A stretch of DNA of 64,000 bases from contig JAJCZR010000050.1 of NCBI GenBank assembly GCA_029262295.1, positions 8,411-72,410 of the forward strand, in the 5' to 3' direction. Within the stretch, counting starts at the first letter, position 1, and each line of letters opens with the position of its first letter. Below are positions 10,088 to 19,397 of the stretch, piece after piece. The notes beneath the pieces are model-generated. The model had not been told where the DNA came from, made no database searches, and saw only the letters and a list, made by a program, of their open reading frames with translations. Source of the stretch: Deltaproteobacteria bacterium. GTDB lineage: Bacteria; Desulfobacterota_D; UBA1144; Nemesobacterales; Nemesobacteraceae. Made by a program: the position numbers and the translations under genes.

Positions 10088-10908
10088 TTATTGGGGTTAG
10101 CACTGTTTTCTTTTCTATAATCCCTGCCTTCAAGCAGGTAAAGTTCGCACATCTCATAGAGCCTTGAAGAGATCCTCTCCCCTATCCTATCTTCAAGAAT
10201 TTCAGTTGTATGGCTTCCCTTGTTAAGCTTATCTTTTGAAATGTAGTTTGTGGTTATAAGTGTTTTCTTTGAAGAATTGTATCTTTTAGAGATAAGTTGG
10301 TCGAGAATATTGATTTCCCATTCATTGCTTTTTCCTTTTCCAAGTTCATCAATTACTAAAACTTCAGTTTCAACGAGTGGGCTAATAATATCGTTCTCGG
10401 CAACTCCGTCTGAATATGCCTTTTTTAATTCATTAAGGAGAAAGAAAAAATCCTTAAACATACAGTTAACCCCTTTTTTAAGGGTTAACTCAGCAATGGT
10501 ACCAATTGCCAAATGCGTTTTCCCCACTCCTGACGGCCCCATGAGAATAAACCCTCTGTTAAAAGGGAATTTATCCACAAAATCTTCCTTGGCATACGAA
10601 AGGGCAGCATAATGACTTTTATCTTTCGGGATCAGGCTATCAGCCTGAAGTATTTTATAGTATTTCGAAGGTATTTGAGCTTTATTATACCGTTTTACTC
10701 TAAGTCTTGTTGAACTGCATTCGGTGCATTTTTCAAGGTAGCTATACCCTCTTTGATTTTCTTTAAGAATAAAACCCTCACCATCGCAATCATTACAATC
10801 TGAAACACACTTGCAAACCTCAGCATAAGCATATTCGCCATTTCTTGCAACCACATAGCCTTGGTTGTGGCATTCTTTGCAAACAGGTTTATTCTTTTTT
10901 TTTGCCAT
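10084..10908 (-). CDS. DnaC/DnaI/IstB-family AAA+ ATPase with N-terminal Cys-rich zinc ribbon (helicase-loader-like)
   Basis: The N-terminus is CKECHNQGY...CKCVSDCNDCDGEGF...CTEC, a multi-Cys zinc ribbon as in DnaI. It is followed by Walker A MGPSGVGKTHLA and Walker B VLVIDELG. Confidence 0.7.
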   Translation of the reverse strand: MAKKKNKPVCKECHNQGYVVARNGEYAYAEVCKCVSDCNDCDGEGFILKENQRGYSYLEKCTECSSTRLRVKRYNKAQIPSKYYKILQADSLIPKDKSHYAALSYAKEDFVDKFPFNRGFILMGPSGVGKTHLAIGTIAELTLKKGVNCMFKDFFFLLNELKKAYSDGVAENDIISPLVETEVLVIDELGKGKSNEWEINILDQLISKRYNSSKKTLITTNYISKDKLNKGSHTTEILEDRIGERISSRLYEMCELYLLEGRDYRKENSANPNN

Positions 10909-10909
10909 A

Positions 10910-11551
10910 CTATTTCAATTCAAAGATATTATTTAGATTGAAGTTTCTCTTCACTATCTCATTACGAAAAGCATTAACTGTTTTTTCCTTTGTTTCTTTA
11001 TCAAAGTGTTTTGCTTCTTTTGGAAGTTTATTTTCAGCTTCATTTCTTATATCTTGTTTTGATTTGTTATCCAGTTTTTTATACAGTGTATCAAAAAAAT
11101 CACTTTCTATCCTCTTTAATTCAGAGTAAAAATTGTCTGTTTTGTAACTCTTCAATTGATCTATTTTATACCTTGTTTTGATTAAAGCACTTTTTACATT
11201 ATCGTCAACTTGAGAATTAATAATAGAATCAATTTTTTTAAGTACAGGTTTTAGTGAATTAGTTTTAGATAAATTACTGGGACTGTCTTTGTGAGTAACC
11301 ACTTCAACCTTAGTAGATTTTATATAATCTTCAATATTATCTTCAATTGAATATATACCTCTAAGTTTACTCAAATCTTTTTCTTTAAGTGAATTTTGAA
11401 TTGCTTTAAACACAGTTTCTTTTGAAACTGATCTTTCCTGCCAACTGTTTATAAGGTTGTAGTCTTTCCCCGAAAGCATTAAGCCTTTTCCAGTGACTTT
11501 TAAAAAATACTTTTCAATATCTTTTATATAACCCGGATTTTTCTCTTGCAT
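10910..11551 (-). CDS. hypothetical protein, possible DnaD/DnaB-like helicase-loading partner
   Basis: It lies immediately upstream of, and is co-oriented with, the DnaI-like gene, separated by 1 nt. It is 213 aa and Lys-rich with a YNLINSW segment, which is only a weak resemblance to the DnaD-domain YxxxIxxxW. Confidence 0.3.
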   Translation of the reverse strand: MQEKNPGYIKDIEKYFLKVTGKGLMLSGKDYNLINSWQERSVSKETVFKAIQNSLKEKDLSKLRGIYSIEDNIEDYIKSTKVEVVTHKDSPSNLSKTNSLKPVLKKIDSIINSQVDDNVKSALIKTRYKIDQLKSYKTDNFYSELKRIESDFFDTLYKKLDNKSKQDIRNEAENKLPKEAKHFDKETKEKTVNAFRNEIVKRNFNLNNIFELK

Positions 11552-11555
11552 GTTT

Positions 11556-12233
11556 TTACACTGAATTAATTATTCCTCTCATTTCATCAATTGTCTTTTT
11601 ATAATTGTCTGACTTATAAATTCCAGAACCTGATACAATCACATCCACTCCAGCCTCGGCCACTTCTTTTATATTTTCAAGCTTAATTCCGCCATCAACT
11701 TCAATCAGAGGTTTGTTGCCGTCTTTGTTGTCTATAATTTTTCTAAGTTCCTTTATTTTTGGAATCATTTCAGAAATGAATTTTTGTCCTCCAAACCCTG
11801 GTTCAACAGTCATAACTAAAACAAGATCAACAAGATCAATTACCTGATCAATTGCACTAAGTGGTGTTGCAGGATTAATTGCAATACCAGCCATTACTCC
11901 TTTCGATTTGATGGCAGCAATCGTACTATAAAGTAATTTACAGCTTTCCACCTGCACTGTAATAAGCTTTACATGAGGCTCACCTGCCTCTATAAACTTC
12001 ACTACATAATCATCCGGATTATCTATCATGAGATGTATATCCATGGGTGGTGGCCCAATGCTTCGAAGAGCTTCAACAATAGGTATTCCAATACTGATGT
12101 TTGGAACGAAATGACCATCCATTACATCCACATGTATCCAGTCAACCCCGGCATCTTTTACTTCAAGTATTTCTTCTTTTAGCCTTGCGAAATCACATGA
12201 CAATATTGATGGAACCAAAAGTTTTTTCATCAT
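11556..12233 (-). CDS. rpe: ribulose-phosphate 3-epimerase
   Basis: Motifs include PSILSCDFARL, WIHVDVMDGHFVPN, HLMI and GADVIVSGS. The length is 225 aa. Confidence 0.92.
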   Translation of the reverse strand: MMKKLLVPSILSCDFARLKEEILEVKDAGVDWIHVDVMDGHFVPNISIGIPIVEALRSIGPPPMDIHLMIDNPDDYVVKFIEAGEPHVKLITVQVESCKLLYSTIAAIKSKGVMAGIAINPATPLSAIDQVIDLVDLVLVMTVEPGFGGQKFISEMIPKIKELRKIIDNKDGNKPLIEVDGGIKLENIKEVAEAGVDVIVSGSGIYKSDNYKKTIDEMRGIINSV

Positions 12234-12354
12234 AAAATCCTTTTAACCTTTTGTCACTCTGAGCAAAGCGAAGAGTCTAGTATTGTAAATTAGATTCTTC
12301 AGTCGCACAATTTGGACTAAACTTGTAGAAGTGCTCCTTCAGAATGACAAAACT

Positions 12355-13725
12355 TTAATTAACTCTCTTTAGTTTTGCCGCAAAAAAACAGTCCATATTG
12401 AATAGATTCGTATAAGAAACAAAAAAATTATTCTCAATAAATTGTTTTTCTATATTAACACTATTTTTTATTTCTTCTAACTCAAAATCAGGATTATTTT
12501 TTAGAAACTTATCTATAACTTTCTCGTTCTCATATTTTGACAAAGTACAAACTGAATAAACTAAAACACCATTGGTTTTAAGGTATGAAGAAATATTTTG
12601 AAGAATTTTATACTGAATCTCTGAAAGCTCATGAATATCAGACATCTTTCTCTTCCATTTTATATCGGGATTTCTTCTTATTGTCCCAAGCCCGGAACAG
12701 GGGGCATCCAATAGAATTTTATCAAAATAGTTTTTGTATTTATTAGTGTTATTACTCGCCAAGAGATCAATATTTTCAGTTTTAACTATAGTAGTTCCGA
12801 GTCTTTTAATATTATTATTTACAAGTCTAAGCCTGTTTTTATTTATATCAGCTGAAATAACTTCGCCATTATTGTTCATTAATTCTGCTAAATGTGTTGA
12901 TTTTCCACCAGGGGCTGAACAGGCATCAAGAACCTTTTCTCCAGGCTTGGGATCAAGCAGAAAGCAAACTATTTGGGCTGCTTCATCCTGCACTGAATAT
13001 AAGCCTTCTTTATAAAACCCTGAAGAAACTGGGTTAATTCTTTTTACAAGATTAATGCCTACATTGCTGTATTTCGATTTTTCGGCTTCTATCCCTACCC
13101 TCTTAAACCTGTCTAAAAGCAGGTCTCTCTCAATTTTGAGGTTGTTTACCCTGAGTGAAATTGATGGTATTTGATTTAAAGAACTGCAGAGATTATCAAC
13201 TTTATTCAGATCAAAGTTTTCAAGCCAATAATTAATTATCCATTTGGGGAATGATCTTTTAACTGAAATTTCATCTACCTTGTCTATAAATTTTATGTCG
13301 GAGTAATCTTTTCTCTGAATGTTTCTTAGCACTGCATTTATGAAATTACCTATGCTATTCCCAAAAAACTGTTTTCCTATTTTTACTGTCTCGTTAATTG
13401 ATGCATAATCTTTTACTCCACCCATGAACTTTAGTTGGTAAACCCCCATACGAAGAAGGTTGTGGATATTAGTTTTCTTTATTTCTTTTGAGATATTATC
13501 CTCAATTTTATAATCAATTGTGAGTTTCCACCTTATTACCCCATAAACAATCTCATTTATAAAAGATATAATATTTACATCTGTAATTTTATGTTTTGAT
13601 ATCTCATCTTGAACCGCCAAATCAGGATAGGCACCGTCAATTAAGATTTTATTAATAATGCTGAGTGCAATTGATCTTGCACTTGCAATTTTACTATTAG
13701 TTTTAGATCGTTGGTTTGTTGACAT
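12355..13725 (-). CDS. rsmB: 16S rRNA (cytosine967-C5)-methyltransferase RsmB/Sun
   Basis: It has an N-terminal NusB-like region plus a SAM methyltransferase core with VLDACSAPGGKS, DAPCSGLG and the catalytic C in SVCT. Confidence 0.85.
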   Translation of the reverse strand: MSTNQRSKTNSKIASARSIALSIINKILIDGAYPDLAVQDEISKHKITDVNIISFINEIVYGVIRWKLTIDYKIEDNISKEIKKTNIHNLLRMGVYQLKFMGGVKDYASINETVKIGKQFFGNSIGNFINAVLRNIQRKDYSDIKFIDKVDEISVKRSFPKWIINYWLENFDLNKVDNLCSSLNQIPSISLRVNNLKIERDLLLDRFKRVGIEAEKSKYSNVGINLVKRINPVSSGFYKEGLYSVQDEAAQIVCFLLDPKPGEKVLDACSAPGGKSTHLAELMNNNGEVISADINKNRLRLVNNNIKRLGTTIVKTENIDLLASNNTNKYKNYFDKILLDAPCSGLGTIRRNPDIKWKRKMSDIHELSEIQYKILQNISSYLKTNGVLVYSVCTLSKYENEKVIDKFLKNNPDFELEEIKNSVNIEKQFIENNFFVSYTNLFNMDCFFAAKLKRVN

Positions 13726-13788
13726 GAAAGCTAAAGTATTTATATTGTTCTAGTTTTTAATCCGTAAATCTCAATCACAAGGTGCTCA

Positions 13789-14946
13789 ATGTCTTTAAAA
13801 AATTTCATTTTTACATCTGAATCTGTAACTGAAGGCCATCCGGATAAAATGGCTGACCAGATATCCGATTCAGTCCTTGACGCAATGTTATCTCAGGATC
13901 CAAAGAGTAGAGTAGCATGCGAAACTCTAATTACCACTGGGCTTGTTGTAGTCTCAGGTGAGATAACAAGTAAAAGCGTAGTGAACGTGCCAGAAGTTGT
14001 CAGGCAAACTGTAACTAATATTGGTTATACCCAAAGCGACATGGGTTTTGATGCCGCGACCTGCTCTGTAATGGTCACTCTTGATAAACAATCAGGTGAT
14101 ATCGCCCAGGGTGTTGATTCAGATGAAAACAAAGCACAGGGTGCAGGTGATCAGGGTCTTATGTTTGGTTATGCCTGTGATGAAAATGATGAGCTTATGC
14201 CTTCCCCTATTATGTATGCACACAAGCTCGCAAAAAAACTTTCAGAAGTAAGAAAAAATGGCACCCTTCCCTTTCTAAGACCTGATGGAAAATCACAGGT
14301 GACCTTCAAATATGAAAACAGAAAACCAGTTGCAATTGAAGCAGTTGTAATTTCTTCACAGCATTCTGATGAAGTGGATAACAAAACGATACATGAAGGT
14401 ATAAGAGAAGAAGTCATTAATCCTTCTATTGATAAAGGCTTGCTAACTAAAGATACAAAAGTTTATATAAATCCGACTGGCAGATTTGTTGTTGGCGGCC
14501 CAATGGGTGATGCAGGGCTTACAGGAAGAAAAATTATTATTGATACTTATGGTGGTTGGGCAAGGCATGGCGGCGGTGCATTTTCTGGAAAAGACCCTTC
14601 AAAAGTGGATAGAAGTGCAGCTTACATGGCAAGATATGTTGCAAAAAATATAGTGGCAAGCGGGCTAGCCAGTGAGTGTGAAGTACAGCTTGCATATGCT
14701 ATTGGCGTTCCTGAACCTGTTTCGGTAATGATAGATACATTTGGCACTGGCCAAGAATCTGAAGAAAGAATTTCAAGTGCAGTTAGAGAAGTTTTTGATC
14801 TTTCTCCCCAAGGTATAATTTCAACTCTGGATCTTCTTAAGCCAATCTACACAAATACAGCAGCTTACGGACATTTCGGAAGAAATGATGAAAGCTTTAG
14901 CTGGGAAAAAACCGATAAGGTTGACGTACTTAAAAAATCAATTTAA
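13789..14946 (+). CDS. metK: S-adenosylmethionine synthetase
   Basis: Motifs [32 protein letters not shown] and [19 protein letters not shown] are present. Confidence 0.95.
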   Translation: MSLKNFIFTSESVTEGHPDKMADQISDSVLDAMLSQDPKSRVACETLITTGLVVVSGEITSKSVVNVPEVVRQTVTNIGYTQSDMGFDAATCSVMVTLDKQSGDIAQGVDSDENKAQGAGDQGLMFGYACDENDELMPSPIMYAHKLAKKLSEVRKNGTLPFLRPDGKSQVTFKYENRKPVAIEAVVISSQHSDEVDNKTIHEGIREEVINPSIDKGLLTKDTKVYINPTGRFVVGGPMGDAGLTGRKIIIDTYGGWARHGGGAFSGKDPSKVDRSAAYMARYVAKNIVASGLASECEVQLAYAIGVPEPVSVMIDTFGTGQESEERISSAVREVFDLSPQGIISTLDLLKPIYTNTAAYGHFGRNDESFSWEKTDKVDVLKKSI

Positions 14947-14981
14947 ACATTAAAGTAAACTCACTTTACAAACATATAAAA

Positions 14982-16250
14982 TTGGAGGCAGTAATGGATT
15001 ACGATGTAAAGGATTTAAAACTTGCAAATCAAGGAAAGTTAAGAAGTGAATGGGCTGGTCAGGAAATGCCGGTTCTTGCTGAGATTAGCGCGAGATTCAA
15101 AAAAGAAAAGCCATTAAAAGGACTTACAATAGCGGCTTGTCTTCATGTGACAACTGAAACAGGAAATCTCATGGTTACTTTAAAAGAAGGTGGGGCAAAT
15201 GTTTTTTTATGTGCATCCAACCCTCTTAGTACTCAGGATGATGTGGCGGCACATCTTGTTAAAAACCATAAAATTTCAGTTTTTGCGATTAAAGGTGAAA
15301 ATAACAAAACTTATTATAAGCATATAAACAGTGTTTTAGATGCTAAACCAAACATCACGATGGATGATGGAGCTGATCTTGTTTCGACACTTCATAAAAG
15401 TAAAGTAAAGCTTATTGACAACCTGATTGGTGGCACTGAGGAAACAACAACTGGAGTAATCAGACTTAAAAGTATGGCAAAGGATGGAGTTCTTAAATAT
15501 CCAATTATTGCAGTAAATGATGCTGATACAAAACATTTTTTTGATAACAGATACGGAACCGGACAAAGCACACTGGATGGAATAATCCGTGCAACTAACA
15601 GGCTGGTTTCCGGCACCACTTTTGTTGTTGTAGGATATGGCTGGTGCGGGAAAGGTTTGGCAATGCGTGCCAGGGGACTTGGAGCAGAAGTTGTTGTAAC
15701 CGAGGTTGAACCACTTGCAGCACTTGAAGCAAGCATGGACGGTTTTAGGGTTATGCCGATGGCCCAGGCTGCACCTATTGGAGATTTCTTTTGTACAGTC
15801 ACAGGAAATATTCATGTTATAAGAAAAGAACATTTTCAAAAGATGAAAAATGGTGCTATCGTTGCAAATTCAGGTCATTTTAATGTTGAATTAGACCTTG
15901 AAGGTTTAGACAAAATTACAAAATCAAAAAGAGAGATAAGAGAATACGTTGAAGAACACACCCTTAAAAACGGAAGAAAGGTAAATGTGCTTGGCGGAGG
16001 GAGGCTTATAAACCTTGCTGCTGCTGAAGGGCACCCATCAAGCGTAATGGATATGAGTTTTGCCAACCAGGCACTTTGTGCTGAGTATGTTGCAAAAAAT
16101 CATGATAAGCTCGATAATGATGTTCATGATGTACCAACACAGATTGATAAATCTGTTTCAAAGATCAAATTAAAAGCCCTTGGCGTGAAAATTGACACCC
16201 TCACTGCGGAGCAAAAGAAATATCTAAGTTCCTGGGAATTTGGAACATAA
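14982..16250 (+). CDS. ahcY: adenosylhomocysteinase
   Basis: Motifs include [13 protein letters not shown], the NAD-binding [10 protein letters not shown] and HPSSVMD. There is a GGAGG RBS upstream. Confidence 0.93.
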   Translation: MEAVMDYDVKDLKLANQGKLRSEWAGQEMPVLAEISARFKKEKPLKGLTIAACLHVTTETGNLMVTLKEGGANVFLCASNPLSTQDDVAAHLVKNHKISVFAIKGENNKTYYKHINSVLDAKPNITMDDGADLVSTLHKSKVKLIDNLIGGTEETTTGVIRLKSMAKDGVLKYPIIAVNDADTKHFFDNRYGTGQSTLDGIIRATNRLVSGTTFVVVGYGWCGKGLAMRARGLGAEVVVTEVEPLAALEASMDGFRVMPMAQAAPIGDFFCTVTGNIHVIRKEHFQKMKNGAIVANSGHFNVELDLEGLDKITKSKREIREYVEEHTLKNGRKVNVLGGGRLINLAAAEGHPSSVMDMSFANQALCAEYVAKNHDKLDNDVHDVPTQIDKSVSKIKLKALGVKIDTLTAEQKKYLSSWEFGT

Positions 16251-16256
16251 AATGAT

Positions 16257-17147
16257 ATGGATGAACATCTCGATTCATTCCTTACTTATTTAACTGTAAA
16301 TAAAGGACTTTCACGAAACACCCTGGAATCTTATTCCAGGGATGTTTCTTCATTCATTAAATTCATAGAAAAACTAAATGTAATTAGACCACATGATGTG
16401 AAAGAGTTTCATGTGGCAGAATTTTTAAGTGAACTTCAGAAAAGAAAACTCAGCATTAAAACAATTAATAGACATATTGTTTCAACAAGGCAGTTCTTTA
16501 AATACTTGATATCAAATGAAATTGTATCAAACGATCCATTTGCAAATGTAAATACTCCAAAACTTAATAAATCAATTCCTGATGTTCTTTCTATAGAACA
16601 GGTGGAGAAATTACTATCAATGCCTGAGGTAAAAGACACCGCTAACTCGGTTAGAGATACTGCAATGCTGGAAGTTCTGTATTCCACAGGTGTTAGGGTT
16701 TCAGAACTAATTTCAATTGAGTTAAACAGGGTAAATATGGATCATGGATATATAATTGTTTTGGGTAAGGGAGACAAGGAAAGAATAATTCCACTTGGAA
16801 AAGTGTCTCTTGAGAAAATAAAAAATTATCTTATAGACTCGAGATCAAAACTTTTAAGAGAAAAGGTGTCAAAGTTTCTTTTCGTCACAAGAAGAGGCAC
16901 AAAAATGACACGTCAGGGATTTTGGAAGCTCATCAAACAATACACACTTATGGCAGGAATTAATTCTAAAATTACACCCCATACTTTAAGGCACTCATTT
17001 GCAACACATCTTCTTGAGCGCGGGGCTGATCTGCGGGTAATCCAGGTAATGCTTGGGCATTCTGATATTTCTACAACCCAGATCTATACACATGTGCAAA
17101 AGGAAAAGTTAAAACAAATACACAAAAAGTTTCATCCAAGATCATAA
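16257..17147 (+). CDS. site-specific tyrosine recombinase, XerC/XerD family
   Basis: The catalytic residues are present in R..HTLRHSFATHLLERGADLRVIQVMLGHSDISTTQIYTHV. The gene lies upstream of scpA-scpB. Confidence 0.85.
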   Translation: MDEHLDSFLTYLTVNKGLSRNTLESYSRDVSSFIKFIEKLNVIRPHDVKEFHVAEFLSELQKRKLSIKTINRHIVSTRQFFKYLISNEIVSNDPFANVNTPKLNKSIPDVLSIEQVEKLLSMPEVKDTANSVRDTAMLEVLYSTGVRVSELISIELNRVNMDHGYIIVLGKGDKERIIPLGKVSLEKIKNYLIDSRSKLLREKVSKFLFVTRRGTKMTRQGFWKLIKQYTLMAGINSKITPHTLRHSFATHLLERGADLRVIQVMLGHSDISTTQIYTHVQKEKLKQIHKKFHPRS

Positions 17148-17822
17148 ATGGATATAAATCTAAACTTTTATCTGATATTAATACCTGTTGTATTGTTTTC
17201 ATTAACAATCCATGAATTTGCTCATGCATATATAGCTTATAAACTAGGTGACGATACAGCTAAAAATCAAGGCAGGCTTACGCTTAACCCACTTTCACAT
17301 CTGGATCCCATTGGCACAATTTTACTTGTGATAGCAAAGTTTGGTTGGGCAAAGCCAGTGCCGGTTGACCCTCGGAATTTTAAAAACCCAAAAAAGGATA
17401 TGCTGCTTGTTGCAATTGCAGGTCCGATATCAAATATAATCACTGCAATTGTTGCTGCGATTATATTAAAATTAATTTTTGCAAACTTTGAATCACTTCA
17501 AACTTCACTATCTTTTATTGAACCGTTAATGAGTGCACTTGTATGGCTTATTTTCATTGGAATAGTGCTAGCTGTATTTAATATGATCCCAATTCCTCCA
17601 TTGGACGGATCAAGGGTATTGCATGCGATTTTGCCTGAAAATTTAGCAAAGCAGTACCGTAAAATTGAAATATATGGAATACTAATTGTGTTTGCCCTAT
17701 TTATATTTGGTGGAAATATTTTTGGATACATACTTCAGTTTCCCGTGGCGCTTTTTATAGGAACCTGTAACTTTAGCAGTGAAGAACTAAATTTAATCTT
17801 TTCCATACTAAGAAGCGGTTGA
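17148..17822 (+). CDS. peptidase M50 (site-2 protease family) membrane metalloprotease
   Basis: An HEFAHAY zinc motif sits in the first TM helix, multiple TM segments follow, and a second motif is around LDGS. Confidence 0.8.
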   Translation: MDINLNFYLILIPVVLFSLTIHEFAHAYIAYKLGDDTAKNQGRLTLNPLSHLDPIGTILLVIAKFGWAKPVPVDPRNFKNPKKDMLLVAIAGPISNIITAIVAAIILKLIFANFESLQTSLSFIEPLMSALVWLIFIGIVLAVFNMIPIPPLDGSRVLHAILPENLAKQYRKIEIYGILIVFALFIFGGNIFGYILQFPVALFIGTCNFSSEELNLIFSILRSG

Positions 17823-18571
17823 GTATATTGGAAGAACAACTGGAACTACCCTACACCGTAAAGCTTGAATTATTTGAAGGTCCATTGGATCTTCTTCTTC
17901 ATTTAATAAAGAAAAATGAAGTTGATATATATGATATTCCAATTGCAAAAATAACAGATCAGTATCTGGCTTACCTTGAGTTTTTGGATGTTGTGAATCT
18001 TGAACTTGTTGGTGATTATCTAGCCCTTGCTGCTGAGCTTGGCTATATAAAATCAAGGATGCTTCTTCCCAAGATTCATGATGATGAGGAAGACGAAGAA
18101 GATCCAAGAGAAGAGCTCGTCAGGCGGTTGCTTGAATATGAAAGATATAAGGATGCTGCTGAAGATCTTAAAGATATGGATATCCTTGGTAGGGAAATCT
18201 TTACCAGGGGTGCAGATCAAAGGGAAGTTTTTGGCGAACCACTTGAAGAAACAGAGTATGTAAAAACTGATGTCTGGTCATTAATTGATGCTTTTAGGGA
18301 GATATTAGAGCGAAAAGAACTTTCATATAAAGAAGACATCTTTTTTTCTGTTGAGACTCTTACGGTTGAAGAAAGATCAGAAAAGCTTCTTGAGTTTATT
18401 AAAGGCAAAAACCAAATTCTTTTTAAAGACCTTTTTGAAGATGATAAGACTAAACCTGAACTTGTGGTTACATTCCTATCAGTCCTTGAGCTCACAAAAA
18501 ACGGCTATATTGGGATTGAAATGAGTGATGAATCAAAAAACATTAAAATAATTTATCTTGGTGTCGAATGA
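17819..18571 (+). CDS. scpA: segregation and condensation protein A
   Basis: It is a kleisin with LELFEGPLDLLLHLIKKNEVDIYDIPIAKITDQYL and overlaps scpB by 4 nt. Confidence 0.9.
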   Translation: MSILEEQLELPYTVKLELFEGPLDLLLHLIKKNEVDIYDIPIAKITDQYLAYLEFLDVVNLELVGDYLALAAELGYIKSRMLLPKIHDDEEDEEDPREELVRRLLEYERYKDAAEDLKDMDILGREIFTRGADQREVFGEPLEETEYVKTDVWSLIDAFREILERKELSYKEDIFFSVETLTVEERSEKLLEFIKGKNQILFKDLFEDDKTKPELVVTFLSVLELTKNGYIGIEMSDESKNIKIIYLGVE

Positions 18572-19125
18572 GTAATACAAACAGTTTGAAAAAAATTTTT
18601 GAGTCTATAATCTTTGCATCAGACTCACCTGTAACAGTAAAGGAACTCTCAGATGTATTTCCAGAAATTGAAAAAAAGGATATAAGAGCTTCACTTAAAT
18701 CCCTTGAAAAAGATTGGATAGATATAAATAGAAGCTTCTCTCTTGAAAATATTGCTGAGGGTTACCAGTTCAGAACAAAACCTACTTTCTCAGAGCATAT
18801 TGTTGAGTTTAATAAAGAGATAAAAAAGTTTAGGCTTAGCAGGGCGGCATTAGAAGTATTGGCAATTATTGCCTATAAGCAGCCCGTAACAAAAGTAGAA
18901 GTGGAAAAAATTCGTGGTGTCGACTGTTCAGGAGTTGTTAATGTACTCCTTGAAAAAAGGTTTTTGGAGATAAAGGGAAGGAAGGATGTTCCAGGAAAAC
19001 CTTTTGTTTATGGGACAACTGATACATTTTTAGAAACATTCAGCCTTAAAAGTTTAAAGGACCTCCCTACCCTGAAAGAAATTGAAAAAATTAATGAAGA
19101 TTTAGAACAATCCGATACAGATTAG
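18568..19125 (+). CDS. scpB: segregation and condensation protein B
   Basis: The winged-helix tandem carries the motifs FASDSPV, GYQFRTKP and LAIIAYKQPVT. Confidence 0.88.
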   Translation: MSNTNSLKKIFESIIFASDSPVTVKELSDVFPEIEKKDIRASLKSLEKDWIDINRSFSLENIAEGYQFRTKPTFSEHIVEFNKEIKKFRLSRAALEVLAIIAYKQPVTKVEVEKIRGVDCSGVVNVLLEKRFLEIKGRKDVPGKPFVYGTTDTFLETFSLKSLKDLPTLKEIEKINEDLEQSDTD

Positions 19126-19212
19126 TTCATTAAGATCTTTAAACCATTTTTTTATTTAACTCGTACACATCATAGCTTTTTGTTAATTTCCATAAAAAGT
19201 TTAAAAAAACTA

Positions 19213-19242
19213 TTGACAACATGACAAATAATGTTGTAAATT
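19213..19242 (+). promoter_or_regulatory. predicted sigma70-type promoter (TTGACA -35, 18-nt spacer, TG-extended TAAATT -10)
   Basis: TTGACA is at 19213-19218, TG at 19235-19236 and TAAATT at 19237-19242. A ~155 nt leader then ends in a GGAGG RBS before the ATG at 19398. Confidence 0.45.
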
Positions 19243-19397
19243 ACAATTTACGGATGGGAAATGACAATTTTGGTAATTGTCCCGAAATGCCACGCCTTTA
19301 GGAATGAAGGTACGGAATGTCACGGGTCTTTTTAATAAGACAGCCGGACTGCCGAAGGACTTAAGCAATATATTCCTAAATTTATGGAGGCATTACG

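Noticed and set aside
10084-10908. IstB-like ATPase as evidence of an IS21 insertion sequence
   Set aside because: There is no IstA transposase ORF or terminal inverted repeats adjacent. The protein has an N-terminal multi-Cys zinc ribbon typical of DnaI-type helicase loaders rather than IstB.
16257-17147. Tyrosine recombinase as the integrase of a mobile element or island
   Set aside because: It sits in the conserved housekeeping context upstream of scpA-scpB, with metK and ahcY on the other side. There are no flanking repeats, tRNA or phage genes. It is most consistent with chromosomal XerC/XerD.
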